In this document: positions 23,601 through 38,600 of the stretch, one piece after another
How the letters are laid out: each line of letters starts with the position of its first letter
Numbering within the stretch: the first letter of the stretch is position 1
Assembly: GCA_002269645.1 (NCBI GenBank)
Contig: NIVC01000303.1
Location: 565,819-629,818 of the forward strand
Direction of reading: 5' to 3'
DNA length: 64,000 nt
DNA from: Macrostomum lignano
Lineage: Eukaryota
Notes under the pieces: generated by a model
The model's input: only the letters and a program-made list of their open reading frames with translations
Database searches by the model: none
Told to the model about the DNA's origin: nothing
Made by a program: the position numbers and the translations under genes

Positions 23601-26600
23601 AACATAGAAAAGAAGATCGAATCAACAAGACAGGCCAAGATAGGCGCGGCCTACTAGGCCTAATGGTTGCCGCTTTACTGTATAATTGAAGAGTAAAAGG
23701 CCTAGTAAACGTCTAATTTAATTTAATTGTAAATAAGTACAATTACGAGTATTGTAACTGTAAGTAATACGAGCAAAGCCAAAGGCACAATATAAAATTT
23801 AATAATATGACTACAATAATATACATTTAGTAAAACCCTTATTAGAAAAGAAACAGATATATGCTAGGCTATAGGCCTAGGCCCTATCAGAACGGGGAAA
23901 TTTCAAAGATCTGACAAATTATATGATGGTAGGACGGAGAACTATACAAGGCGGTGAAGAGTCGCCTACTCCCAGATATATTAATAGACAAATGCAGAGA
24001 GGCGCCCTTAATACATGTAGATTGATGGACAGAAGCAGTTAGAGAGGCGCCCTTCATACATGTAGATTGATGGACAGAAGCAGTTAGAGAGGCGCCCTTC
24101 ATACATGTAGATTGATGGACAGAAACAGTTAGAGAGGCGCCCTTCATACATGTAGATTGATGGACAGAAGCAGTTAGAGAGCGCCCTTGATCCAAGTAGA
24201 TTGATAGACAGAAGCAGTTAGAGAGGCGCCATTCATACATGTAGATTGATAGACAGAAGCAGTTAGAGAGGCGCCCTTCATACATGTAGATTGATAGACA
24301 GAAGCAGTTAGAGAGGCGCCCTTCATACATGTAGATTGATAGACAGAAGCAGTTAGAGAGGCGCCCTTCATACATGTAGATTGATAGACAGAAGCAGTTA
24401 GAGAGGCGCCCTTCATACATGTAGATTGATGGAAAGAATTCGCAGTTAGAGAGGCGCCCTTCATACAAGTAGATTGATGGACAGAATTCGCAGTTAGAGA
24501 GGCGCCATTCATACATGTAGATTGATGGACAGAAGCAGTTAGAGAGGCGCCCTTCATACATGTAGATTGATGGACAGAAGCAGTTAGAGAGGCGCCCTTC
24601 ATACATGTAGATTGATAGACAGAAGCAGTTAGAGAGGCGCCCTTCATACATGTAGATTGATAGACAGAAGCAGTTAGAGAGGCGCCATTCATACATGTAG
24701 ATTGATAGACAGAAGCAGTTAGAGAGGCGCCCTTCATACAAGTAGATTGATGGACAGAATTCGCAGTTAGAGAGGCGCCATTCATACATGTAGATTGATG
24801 GACAGAATTCGCAGTTAGAGAGGCGCCCTTCATACATGTAGATTGATGGACAGAAGCAGTTAGAGAGGCGCCCTTCATACATGTAGATTGATGCAGGACA
24901 GAAGCAGTTAGAGAGGCGCCCTTCATACAAGTAGATTGATGGACAGAAGCAGTTAGAGAGGCGCCCTTCATACATGTAGATTGATGGACGGAAGCAGTTA
25001 GAGAGGCGCCCTTCATACATGTAGATTGATGGACGGAAGCAGTTAGAGAGGCGCCCTTCATACATGTAGATTGATGGACAGAAGCAGTTAGAGAGGCGCC
25101 CTTCATACATGTAGATTGATGGACAGAAGCAGTTAGAGAGGCACCCTTCATACATGTAGATTGATGGACAGAAGCAGTTAGAGAGGCGCCCTTCATACAT
25201 GTAGATTGATGGACAGAAGCAGTTAGAGAGGCGCCCTTCATACATGTAGATTGATGGACAGAAGCAGTTAGAGAGGCGCCCTTCATACATGTAGATTGAT
25301 AGACAGAAGCAGTTAGAGAGGCGCCCTTGATCCAAGTAGATTGATAGACAGAAGCAGTTAGAGAGGCGCCCTTGATCCAAGTAGATTGATAGACAGAAGC
25401 AGTTAGAGAGGCGCCCTTCATACAAGTAGATTGATGGACAGAATTCGCAGTTAGAGAGGCGCCCTTCATACATGTAGATTGATGGACAGAAGCAGTTAGA
25501 GAGGCGCCCTTGATCCAAGTAGATTGATAGACAGAAGCAGTTAGAGAGGCGCCCTTGATCCAAGTAGATTGATAGACAGAAGCAGTTAGAGAGGCGCCCT
25601 TCATACATGTAGATTGATGGACAGAAGCAGTTAGAGAGGCGCCCTTGATCCAAGTAGATTGATAGACAGAAGCAGTTAGAGAGGCGCCCTTGATCCAAGT
25701 AGATTGATAGACAGAAGCAGTTAGAGAGGCGCCCTTCATACAAGTAGATTGATGGACAGAATTCGCAGTTAGAGAGGCGCCCTTCATACATGTAGATTGA
25801 TGGACAGAAGCAGTTAGAGAGGCGCCCTTCATACATGTAGATTGATAGACAGAAGCAGTTAGAGAGGCGCCATTCATACATGTAGATTGATAGACAGAAG
25901 CAGTTAGAGAGGCGCCCTTCATACATGTAGATTGATGGACAGATGCAGTTAGAGAGGCGCCCTTCATACATGTAGATTGATGGACAGAAGCAGTTAGAGA
26001 GGCGCCCTTGATCCAAGTAGATTGATAGACAGAAGCAGTTAGAGAGGCGCCCTTGATCCAAGTAGATTGATAGACAGAAGCAGTTAGAGAGGCACCCTTG
26101 ATCCAAGTAGATTGATAGACAGAAGCAGTTAGAGAGGCGCCCTTGATCCAAGTAGATTGATAGACAGAAGCAGTTAGAGAGGCACCCTTGATCCAAGTAG
26201 ATTGATAGACAGAAGCAGTTAGAGAGGCACCCTTGATCCAAGTAGATTGATAGACAGAAGCAGTTAGAGAGGCGCCCTTGATCCAAGTAGATTGTTAGAC
26301 AGAAGCAGTTAGAGAGGCACCCTTGATCCAAGTAGATTGATAGACAGACTCCCTGTAAGCCTGTTTTTTGAAAATTGAATGGAAAATAGGTTTGATATTA
26401 TTGTAAAAGTTTAATGTACTTTACCTTAAAAGCTGGTTGTCAATTGATAGGCGTTACTCAAGAGCTTTACTACAGCTAGATATATTTCCAAAATGGCCTA
26501 AATGATAACAAGACTTGGATAAATACTCAGGGCCTAGCCTTTTTAGAGCTAGCCTATGCCTAGTTTTAAAGCTGGCCTGTAGTGAGGAAATACTAGGCCT

Positions 26601-29600
26601 ACCAATGTAAGAGTCAGCCTACTTGAGCTGTGGGATTTCAAACCAGCCAATAGGAACCAGACCGCGAATTTTTACTCTTGGATGACTAACGCGAATTCTC
26701 ACATTCACATGCCACAGCCAGGCTCCATATCCTTATTTTTGCGCAGAACTAGGACCATTGCGCGTACGTCGGCCTAGGCCTCATCAATACAACCAGTGGC
26801 GGCGCCAAGTTGGGGGCAGAGAGGGCTGCTGCCCCCGGGTGACCACCCTCCTAAGACCACCCTACCATCCTTCCGTGGGGTGACCCACCATTAGTTTTTT
26901 AGCGCTCGTAGTATGCGTTTTTGTGAGATTATAGCGTATACTCTAATTTTAAAAATTCGCTGAGGGAGGGGTTTGAAAACCCAACCACCGCCCCTCCCCC
27001 TTAATCCACAGAATTTACCTTAATCAGCATCGCCGCCACTGCGCACCGCCAAGGCTGCACCGCCACTAAATAGAACCAACATTAATGGGCATATCGAAAG
27101 AAAATATACATTTGGCCTATCGGAAATTTCAGTCACTAGGGCCTAAAGCAAAACGTAGGCCTATAGTACTCGTATAGGCCTAAAACACCTTGTTTAAAGA
27201 TTAGTAATTGAAGATACATATCTACATAACTTAATAAACTCTAATTTGTACCTAAACTCCTAATTTTCTCCGAGAACTCATCCTAGATTTATGGCTATCA
27301 ATTACTAACTACCGTAATTAGCCCTAATTGGTTGTTCTGGTCAATTACGCGAAAGAGCGAAAGAGCGAAATGGTTTCTGTATTTTAAAGTTAAAATGCTG
27401 AGCTAGGCCAAACTCAGCTCATTCTGAATTCATGATAGACTCAGGTGCTGGGATACACAGAGACAGTTAGAGAAGGAATCAGCCGGTTTGATGAAGATTA
27501 TAGCGGCTCTCAAGTCCTCTGTGTTTGAGTGAAAATGCTGAGCTAGGCCAAACTCAGCTCATTCTGAATTCATGATAGACTCAGGTGCTGGGATACACAG
27601 AGACAGTTAGAGAAGGAATCAGCCGGTTTGATGAAGATTATAGCGGCTCTCAAGTCCTCTCTGTGTTTGAGTGAAAATGCTGAGCTAGGCCAAACTCAGC
27701 TCATTCTGAATTCATGATAGACTCAGGTGCTGGGATACACAGAGACAGTTAGAGAAGGAATCAGCCGGTTTGATGAAGATTATAGCGGCTCTCAAGTCCT
27801 CTCTGTGTTTGAGTGAAAATGCTGAGCTAGGCCAAACTCAGCTCATTCTGAATTCATGATAGACTCAGGTGCTGGGATACACAGAGACAGTTAGAGAAGG
27901 AATCAGCCGGTTTGATGAAGATTATAGCGGCTCTCAAGTCCTCTCTGTGTTTGAGTGAAAATGCTGAGCTAGGCCAAACTCAGCTCATTCTGAATTCATG
28001 ATAGACTCAGGTGCTGGGATACACAGAGACAGTTAGAGAAGGAATCAGCCGGTTTGATGAAGATTATAGCGGCTCTCAAGTCCTCTCTGTGTTTGAGTGA
28101 AAATGCTGAGCTAGGCCAAACTCAGCTCATTCTGAATTCATGATAGACTCAGGTGCTGGGATACACAGAGACAGTTAGAGAAGGAATCAGCCGGTTTGAT
28201 GAAGATTATAGCGGCTCTCAAGTCCTCTCTGTGTTTGAGTGAAAATGCTGAGCTAGGCCAAACTCAGCTCATTCTGAATTCATGATAGACTCAGGTGCTG
28301 GGATACACAGAGACAGTTAGAGAAGGAATCAGCCGGTTTGATGAAGATTATAGCGGCTCTCAAGTCCTCTCTGTGTTTGAGTGAAAATGCTGAGCTAGGC
28401 CAAACTCAGCTCATTCTGAATTCATGATAGACTCAGGTGCTGGGACACACAGAGACAGTTAGAGAAGGAATCAGCCGGTTTGATGAAGATTATAGCGGCT
28501 CTCAAGTCCTCTCTGTGTTTGAGTGAAAATGCTGAGCTAGGCCAAACTCAGCTCATTCTGAATTCATGATAGACTCAGGTGCTGGGATACACAGAGACAG
28601 TTAGAGAAGGAATCAGCCGGTTTGATGAAGATTATAGCGGCTCTCAAGTCCTCTCTGTGTTTGAGTGAAAATGCTGAGCTAGGCCAAACTCAGCTCATTC
28701 TGAATTCATGATAGACTCAGGTGCTGGGATACACAGAGACAGTTAGAGAAGGAATCAGCCGGTTTGATGAAGATTATAGCGGCTCTCAAGTCCTCTCTGT
28801 GTTTGAGTGAAAATGCTGAGCTAGGCCAAACTCAGCTCATTCTGAATTCATGATAGACTCAGGTGCTGGGATACACAGAGACAGTTAGAGAAGGAATCAG
28901 CCGGTTTGATGAAGATTATAGCGGCTCTCAAGTCCTCTCTGTGTTTGAGTGAAAATGCTGAGCTAGGCCAAACTCAGCTCATTCTGAATTCATGATAGAC
29001 TCAGGTGCTGGGACACACAGAGACAGTTAGAGAAGGAATCAGCCGGTTTGATGAAGATTATAGCGGCTCTCAAGTCCTCTCTGTGTTTGAGTGAAAATGC
29101 TGAGCTAGGCCAAACTCAGCTCATTCTGAATTCATGATAGACTCAGGTGCTGGGATACACAGAGACAGTTAGAGAAGGAATCAGCCGGTTTGATGAAGAT
29201 TATAGCGGCTCTCAAGTCCTCTCTGTGTTTGAGTGAAAATGCTGAGCTAGGCCAAACTCAGCTCATTCTGAATTCATGATAGACTCAGGTGCTGGGATAC
29301 ACAGAGACAGTTAGAGAAGGAATCAGCCGGTTTGATGAAGATTATAGCGGCTCTCAAGTCCTCTCTGTGTTTGAGTGAAAATGCTGAGCTAGGCCAAACT
29401 CAGCTCATTCTGAATTCATGATAGACTCAGGTGCTGGGATACACAGAGACAGTTAGAGAAGGAATCAGCCGGTTTGATGAAGATTATAGCGGCTCTCAAG
29501 TCCTCTCTGTGTTTGAGTGAAAATGCTGAGCTAGGCCAAACTCAGCTCATTCTGAATTCATGATAGACTCAGGTGCTGGGATACACAGAGACAGTTAGAG

Positions 29601-32600
29601 AAGGAATCAGCCGGTTTGATGAAGATTATAGCGGCTCTCAAGTCCTCTCTGTGTTTGAGTGAAAATGCTGAGCTAGGCCAAACTCAGCTCATTCTGAATT
29701 CATGATAGACTCAGGTGCTGGGATACACAGAGACAGTTAGAGAAGGAATCAGCCGGTTTGATGAAGATTATAGCGGCTCTCAAGTCCTCTCTGTGTTTGA
29801 GTGAAAATGCTGAGCTAGGCCAAACTCAGCTCATTCTGAATTCATGATAGACTCAGGTGCTGGGATACACAGAGACAGTTAGAGAAGGAATCAGCCGGTT
29901 TGATGAAGAGACTAGCTAGCTATAGCTTTTATATACTCAAAGGTGCTTTTGGGTCCAATCTAATCACTTTGACCTTAGCTTATCTAAAATCTTACCTAAG
30001 AGGGCCCCACAAAAAGTAGGCAAACTTTTACGCAAACAAAAAGTATGAAATCTTTCAGTCCTTTTACGAATTGATGAGTGGCCGAAGCTGCCTTGGGCAA
30101 TTCCATCTTCACACCCGTGCCAAAACATAGACAACGTGTGCGAATTGAGCCGATTTTCGAGTTACTTTTTACTCGTAGGTGCGAAAAATTGGGTGACAGA
30201 CGGTTTGCGATAAGGGCTGTGTCTATTAATTCATTTTTACTGGGAACCGAATTTAAATTCGCACATTTTAAGTCCGTAGGATTAGGCTCAAATTCTAAGC
30301 ACGATTTTTCGCACCCAATAGTCAAGTATTGGTCTATTGTCTAGAATCCCAGACCCTGGGCCTTTTCTGAGGCAATAGGCGGCATGATCCACCTATCCTT
30401 ATCTCTGACTATCGACTGTTTTGCAAAATTCGGTTTGTTTTCGCACTTCGTGGTGAGCCTGGAACCAATTCGCGCACATTTTAGACATGATGGGCCTAAC
30501 GAAGCGCCAGAAGCATTATGTCATAACTTCACGCCCTTTCCACGAAGTAAATAAATGATATGGCCTAAATAGCGACCGCAATGAAGCGAGAGAGATAAAT
30601 CCATGCTTTGCATGCAGCATCCCGTTCATACTCCTGTTGCTCAATTTTGATATTTATTTTTAGAAGGAGCAGATGGAAAGAAAAAAGCAGATGGAGAGGA
30701 AGAGGCGGATGCAGAGGAAGGGCGGATGCAGAGGAAGGGGCAGATGCAGAGGAAGGGATGGATGAAGAGGAAGGGATGGAATCAGAGGAAGGGCAGATGC
30801 AGAGGAAGGGGCGGATGCAGAGGAAGGGCGGATGCAGAGGAAGGGCGGGTGTAGAGGAAGGGGCAGATGCAGAGGAAGGGCGGATGCAGAGGAAGGGGCG
30901 GATGCAGAGGAAGGGCGGATGCAGAGGAAGGGCGGGTGTAGAGGAAGGGGCAGATGCAGAGGAAGGGCGGATGCAGAGGAAGGGGCGGATGCAGAGGAAG
31001 GGCGGATGCAGAGGAAGGGGCGGATGCAGAGGAAGGGATGGATGAAGAGGAAGGGATGGAATCAGAGGAAGGGATGGAATCAGAGGAAGGGCGGATGCAG
31101 AGGAAGGGGCGGATGCAGAGGAAGGGATGGAATCAGAGGAAGGGATGGAATCAGAGGAAGGGCGGATGCAGAGGAAGGGGCGGATGCAGAGGAAGGGGCG
31201 GATGCAGAGGAAGGGGCGGATGCAGAGGAAGGGCGGATGCAGAGGAAGGGCGGATGCAGAGGAAGGGCGGGTGTAGAGGAAGGGGCAGATGCAGAGGAAG
31301 GGCGGATGCAGAGGAAGGGCGGATGCAGAGGAAGGGCGGATGCAGAGGAAGGGCGGGTGTAGAGGAAGGGGCGGATGCAGAGGAAGGGCGGATGCAGAGG
31401 AAGGGCGGGTGTAGAGGAAGGGGCAGATGCAGAGGAAGGGATGCATGCAGAGGAAGGGCGGATGCAGAGGAAGGGCGGATGCAGAGGAAGGGGCAGATGC
31501 AGAGGAAGGGATGCATGCAGAGGAAGGGCGGATGCAGAGGAAGGGATGGAATCAGAGGAAGGGCAGATGCAGAGGAAGGGCGGGTGTAGAGGAAGGGGCG
31601 GATGCAGAGGAAGGGGCGGATGCAGAGGAAGGGCGGATGCAGAGGAAGGGCGGATGCAGAGGAAGGGCGGATGCAGAGGAAGGGCGGGTGTAGAGGAAGG
31701 GGCGGATGCAGAGGAAGGGATGCATGCAGAGGAAGGGCGGATGCAGAGGAAGGGATGCATGCAGAGGAAGGGCAGATGCAGAGGAAGGGATGGAATCAGA
31801 GGAAGGGCAGATGCAGAGGAAGGGCGGGTGTAGAGGAAGGGGCGGATGCAGAGGAAGGGCAGATGCAGAGGAAGGGCGGATGCAGAGGAAGGGCAGATGC
31901 AGAGGAAGGGCGGATGCAGAGGAAGGGCGGATGGAAAAGGAGTGGATAGGGAGAAAGGATCCGCTGGCTTATTCTAGTCCCAGTGTCAGCAGATTTAAGC
32001 ATAAAAAATCCTTTGGCTGATCCAGAATTTGGGATTCCAACTGTAAATAAAAAAGCGCTACATATAGATGTGGCCAGAGTGAGAGATGGATAATTCCCAT
32101 CTAAAGTTCTTGCATCCAGATTTCAAAAACTGAACGACGAGGAGAAAATTTGGCCTACGCAGACATGACCAGTTTTCCTCGTGCTGTCATTGGTTAGCCG
32201 AATTCCTTGCGCAGTCATGAGGATTGGCTGTTTCTGTTTGCTTTCCTGCGGCACCAATCAACTTTCCAACGTCCATTCATGCGTTTAAAATATTTGAATC
32301 AGGTTAAAAACCAATTGGCCCTAGCTACGTTAGACATTTGATTTTCAAGGCTCATCAATATCAACTGACATCTGCAACATCGTTTCGAGATCGGACATCC
32401 GGATTACTGCTGCCTTCGCGAAACGCTTAAAAATTTTGCTTCTAATTATTGACTTTGTATTCATAGTCTACGTTAACGGCCTCTCTATCTCTCCATCAGC
32501 CGCCCGTCTACTCTCTATCAGCCGCCCGTCTCCTCTCTATCAGCCGCCCGTCTCCTCTCTATCAGCCGCCCGTCTCCTCTCTATCAGCTGCCTGTCTCCT

Positions 32601-35600
32601 CTCTATCAGCCGCCCGTCTCCTCTCTATCAGCCGCTTGTCTATCTCCTCTCTATAAGCTGCCTGTCTCCTCTCTATCAGCCGCCCGTCTCCTCTCTATCA
32701 GCCGCCCGTCTCCTCTCTATCAGCCGCTTGTCTATCTCCTCTCTATCAGCGGCCTGTCTGTCTCCTCTCTATCAGCTTTCTGTCTCCTCTCTATCAGCCG
32801 CTTGTCTATCTCCTCTCTATCAGCGGCCTGTCTGTCTCCTCTCTATCAGCTTTCTGTCTCCTCTCTATCAGCCGCCCGTCTCCTCTCTATCAGCCGCTTG
32901 TCTATCTCCTCTCTATCAGCGGCTTGTCTCCTCTCTATCAGCCGCCTGCCTGTCTCCTCTTTATCAGCTTTCTGTCTATCTCCACTCTATCAGCCGCCCG
33001 TCTCCCCTCTATCAGCCACCCGTCTCCTCTCTATCAGCCGCCCGTCTCCTCTCTATCAGCCGCCCGTCTCCTCTCTATCACCCGCCCGTCTCCTCTCTAT
33101 CAGCCGCCTGCCTGTCTCCTCTTTATCAGCTGCCTGTCTATCTCCTCTCTATCAGCTGCCTGTCTATCTCCTCTCTATCAGCTGCCTGTCTATCTCCTCT
33201 CTATCAGCTGCCTGTCTGTCTCCTCTCTATCAGCTGCCTGTCTATCTCCTCTCTATCAGCTGCCTGTCTATCTCCTCTCTATCAGCTGCCTGTCTATCTC
33301 CTCTCTATCAGCTGCCTGTCTATCTCCTCTCCATCAACCATGCCTGTCTGTCTCCTCTCTATCAGCGGCCTGTCTGTCTCCTCTCCATCAACCATGCCTG
33401 TCTATCTCCTCTCTATCAGCTGCCTGTCTATCTCCTCTCTATCAGCTGCCTGTCTATCTCCTCTCTATTAGCTGCCTGTCTGTCTCCTCTCTATCAGCGG
33501 CCTGTCTATCTCCTCTCTATCAGCTGCCTGTCTATCTCCTCTCTATCAGCTGCCTGTCTATCTCCTCTCCATCAACCATGCCTGTCTGTCTCCTCTCTAT
33601 CAGCGGCCTGCCTGTCTCCTCTCCATCAACCATGCCTGTCTATCTCCTCTCTATCAGCGGCCTGTCTCCTCTCTATCAGCCGCCCGTCTCCTCTCTATCA
33701 GCCGCTTGTCTATCTCCTCTCTATCAGCCGCCTGTCTGTCTCCTCTCTATCAGCCGCCTGTCTGTCTCCTCTCTATCAGCCGCCCGTCTCCTCTCTATCA
33801 GCCGCTTGTCTATCTCCTCTCTATCAGCGGCCTGTCTGTCTCCTCTCTATCAGCCGCCTGTCTATCTCCTCTCTATCAGCGGCCTGTCTATCTCCTCTCT
33901 ATCAGCGGCCTGTCTGTCTCCTCTCTATCAGCTGCCTGTCTGTCTCCTCTCTATCAGCGGCCTGTCTATCTCCTCTCTATCAGCGGCTTGTCTCTTCTCT
34001 ATCAGCCGCCTGCCTGTCTCCTCTTTATCAGCTTTCTGTCTATCTCCTCTCTATCAGCCGCCTGTCTGTCTCCTCTCTATCAGCCGCCCGTCTCCTCTCT
34101 ATCAGCCGCTTGTCTATCTCCTCTCTATCAGCGGCCTGTCTGTCTCCTCTCTATCAGCCGCCTGTCTATCTCCTCTCTATCAGCGGCCTGTCTATCTCCT
34201 CTCTATCAGCGGCCTGTCTGTCTCCTCTCTATCAGCTGCCTGTCTGTCTCCTCTCTATCAGCGGCCTGTCTATCTCCTCTCTATCAGCGGCTTGTCTCTT
34301 CTCTATCAGCCGCCTGCCTGTCTCCTCTTTATCAGCTTTCTGTCTATCTCCATTCTATCAGCCGCCCGTCTCCTCTCTATCAGCCACCCGTCTCCTCTCT
34401 ATCAGCCGCCCGTCTCCTCTCTATCAGCCACCCGTCTCCTCTCTATCAGCCGCCCGTCTCCTCTCTATCAGCCGCTTGTCTATCTCCTTTCTATCAGCTG
34501 CCTGTCTATCTCCTCTCTATCAGCTGCCTGTCTGTCTCCTCTCTATCAGCGGCCTGTCTATCTCCTCTCTATCAGCTGCCTGTCTGTCTCCTCTCTATCA
34601 GCGGCCTGTCTATCTCCTCTCTATCAGCGGCCTGTCTGTCTCCTCTCTATCAGCGGCCTGTCTGTCTCCTCTCTATCAGCGGCCTGTCTATCTCCTCTCT
34701 ATCAGCCGCCTTTCTGTCTCGTCTCTATCAGTCGCCTGTCTGTCTCCTCTCTATCAGCCGCCTTTCTGTCTCGTCTCTATCAGTCGCCTGTCTGTCTCCT
34801 CTCTATCAGCGGCCTGTCTGTCTCCTCTCTATCAGCGGCCTGTCTGTCTCCTCTCTATCAGCGGCCTGTCTGTCTCCTCTCTATCAGCGGCCTGTCTCCT
34901 CTCTATCAGCCGCCCGTCTCCTCTCTATCAGCCGCTTGTCTATCTCCTCTCTATCAGCGGCTTGTCTCCTCTCTATCAGCCGCCTGCCTGTCTCCTCTTT
35001 ATCAGCTTTCTGTCTATCTCCACTCTATCAGCCGCCCGTCTCCCCTCTATCAGCCACCCGTCTCCTCTCTATCAGCCGCCCGTCTCCTCTCTATCAGCCG
35101 CCCGTCTCCTCTCTATCACCCGCCCGTCTCCTCTCTATCAGCCGCCTGCCTGTCTCCTCTCTATCAGCTGCCTGTCTATCTCCTCTCTATCAGCTGCCTG
35201 TCTGTCTCCTCTCTATCAGCGGCCTGTCTGTCTCCTCTCTATCAGCGGCCTGTCTGTCTCCTCTCTATCAGCCGCCTTTCTGTCTCGTCTCTATCAGTCG
35301 CCTGTCTGTCTCCTCTCTATCAGCGGCCTGTCTATCTCCTCTCTATCAGCTGCCTGTCTATCTCCTCTCTATCAGCTGCCTGTCTATCTCCTCTCCATCA
35401 ACCATGCCTGTCTGTCTCCTCTCTATCAGCGGCCTGTCTGTCTCCTCTCTATCAGCGGCCTGTCTGTCTCCTCTCCATCAACCATGCCTGTCTGTCTCCT
35501 CTCTATCAGCTGCCTGTCTGTCTCCTCTCTATCAGCGGCCTGTCTATCTCCTCTCTATCAGCGGCCTGTCTGTCTCCTCTCTATCAGCGGCCTGTCTGTC

Positions 35601-38600
35601 TCCTCTCTATCAGCGGCCTGTCTGTCTCCTCTCTATCAGCGGCCTGTCTATCTCCTCTCTATCAGCCGCCTTTCTGTCTCGTCTCTATCAGTCGCCTGTC
35701 TGTCTCCTCTCTATCAGCCGCCTTTCTGTCTCGTCTCTATCAGTCGCCTGTCTGTCTCCTCTCTATCAGCGGCCTGTCTGTCTCCTCTCTATCAGCGGCC
35801 TGTCTGTCTCCTCTCTATCAGCGGCCTGTCTGTCTCCTCTCTATCAGCGGCCTGTCTGTCTCCTCTCTATCAGCGGCCTGTCTGTCTCCTCTCTATCAGC
35901 CGCCTTTCTGTCTCGTCTCTATCAGTCGCCTGTCTGTCTCCTCTCTATCAGCCGCCTTTCTGTCTCGTCTCTATCAGTCGCCTGTCTGTCTCCTCTCTAT
36001 CAGCGGCCTGTCTGTCTCCTCTCTATCAGCGGCCTGTCTATCTCCTGTCTATCAGCCGCCTTTCTGTCTCGTCTCTATCAGTCGCCTGCCTTTCTCCTCT
36101 TTATCAGCTTTCTTATCTCTATCAGCTCTATCTCTATCTCTATCAGCCGCCCATCTATGTCTTTATCAACGGCCTGCCTATATATTCTCTATCAGCCACC
36201 TGTCTGTCGACTTCATGCTGTTTATTATCAGATGGCTATCTGCATGTACGTATACATGTATAATTTTTACTTTATATATACGAGCGTAGATAAGTAGATT
36301 TTGAATATTTATTGCGAGCTTTTTCTTTCTTGTCTTTGCAAAAAATCTACATGTATACAAGGCTGGGGTAAACAGATGAAGCCAATGAGCCTATGGTTTT
36401 GGCGGTCCACCTTGTTGCAGTGATTGCAGTCTGAGAACGAGGTGATGGTTTTCTGGAAAATTTTAAGAATCCACAGCATTTTTTCTTCACATCTTGCATG
36501 CGACTACTTGAAGTAAAAATTTACGAGTATGATGAGAAAAAATAAAATATAAAATTACAAGAACTTGTTTGCAAAAAAATCGTTTTTTTTTACAATTTTT
36601 TACTTTTACTTTATTCTTCTTCCTTAAGTTTTGAAAAATATTAACTATATGATAAAAAAAGGTTAAAAGTATACTAGAGGTACTTTTTTCTTTCAAAAAC
36701 AAGGTAATAATGCCAAAATAAATGCTTATGTTGAAAGCTGAAACATTAGTAGGTCCTTCAGAAGAACTCCGAAATGGGCAAAGTATCAGCTCTGCTTTAA
36801 AGAACTTGTGTTTTTTAAAAATTCTTTAATGCTTTTCCGATTTGACTGTCTAAAATAAGTAGAAAAATATGGCTTTTTATCAATTTAGCATGAAAGAGTT
36901 TAAAGAAATGGCAAAAAGGTAAAAATTCACGATTTTTCTATTCAATGGGGGGTACTCTATTCAAATGCAGATAAACAATATTTTTCTACATTTATCTAAG
37001 CGAAAGTTATACTTTTTAGAAAGAGTATGAATTAATCTTTACAATGATATATATTTTAGAAAAAACGAACGAGAAATAAAAAAGTTATTAGTGTTCAAAC
37101 ACAAAAACCGAACGTCAGATACCCTGTTCGGTTTGAAGATACCCTAGAATCATCGTTCGGTTTTGAGATAAAATCATCAATAACTTTTTTTCTACTTGTG
37201 CAATAAAGTAAAGCGAACATTCATTTGAAAGAAAAAAATGTTTTAAACAACTTCGGAGTAGTTTCATTTTATTACACATTAAACTTTTTTTGCTATCTAT
37301 GAGAGAATGTCGAAAAATGACACTTTCATTAGGGACTTCAGTGAGTTATAAGAAGTGCGTGCCAATGGCAAAAAAGTAAGAAAAAAGTCCAATTTTTCAA
37401 GGGCGATTTTAAAGAAACTATAGAAGCCAGGATGAAAGTAAAATATGCATTTAAAAGGTAAAAAGGAGCTCTTTCAAATGACACCAACTGCAAGTCTAGC
37501 TTTGTTATACTTTTTGCACTGTCTATTTTTAAAGTTGACCATTTTTTAGGAGGAATATAAAATTGAAGCCAAAATGAATAAAAAAACAGTGGTTCAGAAA
37601 ATGCTTTTTCTTAGCTGCAATGTGTTTCTTATAATGGAAACAAAGGTTTTATAGTGTAAAGGGATAATTTAGAAACATTTTTCTGGTGTTAAAAAAAATT
37701 TTTTTTTTCTTTTAATGCCCATATGGCTCTATGCAAAATTTCAAATCCAAAATTTTCCATGAAATCCTTTTCCTGCATTGTTTCTCTTTATATTTTTCAT
37801 TACCTATTGACAATACAAGCACAGTAAAAAAAACCGCTTGCCAATAGCTATAGGCGCAAAAATTTTGTGGAGGTTTCTTTTTTTGATACGTTTACATGTA
37901 AAATACCCATTGAAACGTGTATTTCGTGTTTTTTGTGAGACTCTGCCTTCCGGCAAACTAGTTCTCTGTGTCATTTAACTAATTCTGCTATGCTGAACAC
38001 GATAGACAAAACCGTTTTTTAATAAACCAATGCGCAAAGCCTGTACAGCACATTACATTGCAGTTGGGGTGTCTGTCATGCATTAAAAATTTAGGGCAAG
38101 AAGTAGAATAGTATTATAGTAGGTAAAAACCTGAACAAAATGACACTAGCCTTGTATAAATTAAGCAAGCAGAACAGATGCTATTGTATTTTTAAAATTG
38201 CAATCATTGCGTATCTGGTTAAAATAGTCAAAATTTCATACACCCATCCTGTTTCAATTAGCTTAGCAACTTGGGCATATAAAATAATATTAAAATATAT
38301 AATTCATACAATTAACACTAAAAAACTGAACAAAATGACACCAAGCACAGTCATTTTGGTTGGCTAGAAAATTAATTACAAGTGTTCAAAGACAAAAAGC
38401 CAACTTTTTGGCCAAAAATGATCACAAACCGTAATGTAAAAATTCCATTGGCTAAAGGCACAAATCGGGGTTACTAAAATAGCTGTAGTTTCCTTATTAC
38501 TCAACCAAATCACTAAAGTTTGGCCATTTTGGAAATGGGAAAGTAAGATCTATCTAGTGAAATAGCAGCCTATAACAATTTCTGAAATTTAATTTTCTCA

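Noticed and set aside
23887-26331. 814-aa and 597-aa ORFs over the 45-bp array as a repeat protein
   Set aside because: The unit is 3n and stop-free in two minus frames by chance, a 1-bp deletion near 24181 switches frame without closing the ORF, and no domain or credible start is present.
27392-29908. CRISPR array or hammerhead-ribozyme satellite
   Set aside because: No unique spacers and a eukaryotic context. TGATGA and GAAA occur, but the C of CUGAUGA is missing and stems I and II do not pair.
30078-30344. ORF with [13 protein letters not shown] resembling a LINE RT C-terminal motif
   Set aside because: One short weak motif, no RT core nearby; cannot be supported without a search.
32436-36297. 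1275, 1121 and 863 aa ORFs
   Set aside because: All three plus frames are open because the pyrimidine-rich minisatellite nearly lacks stop codons; non-coding.
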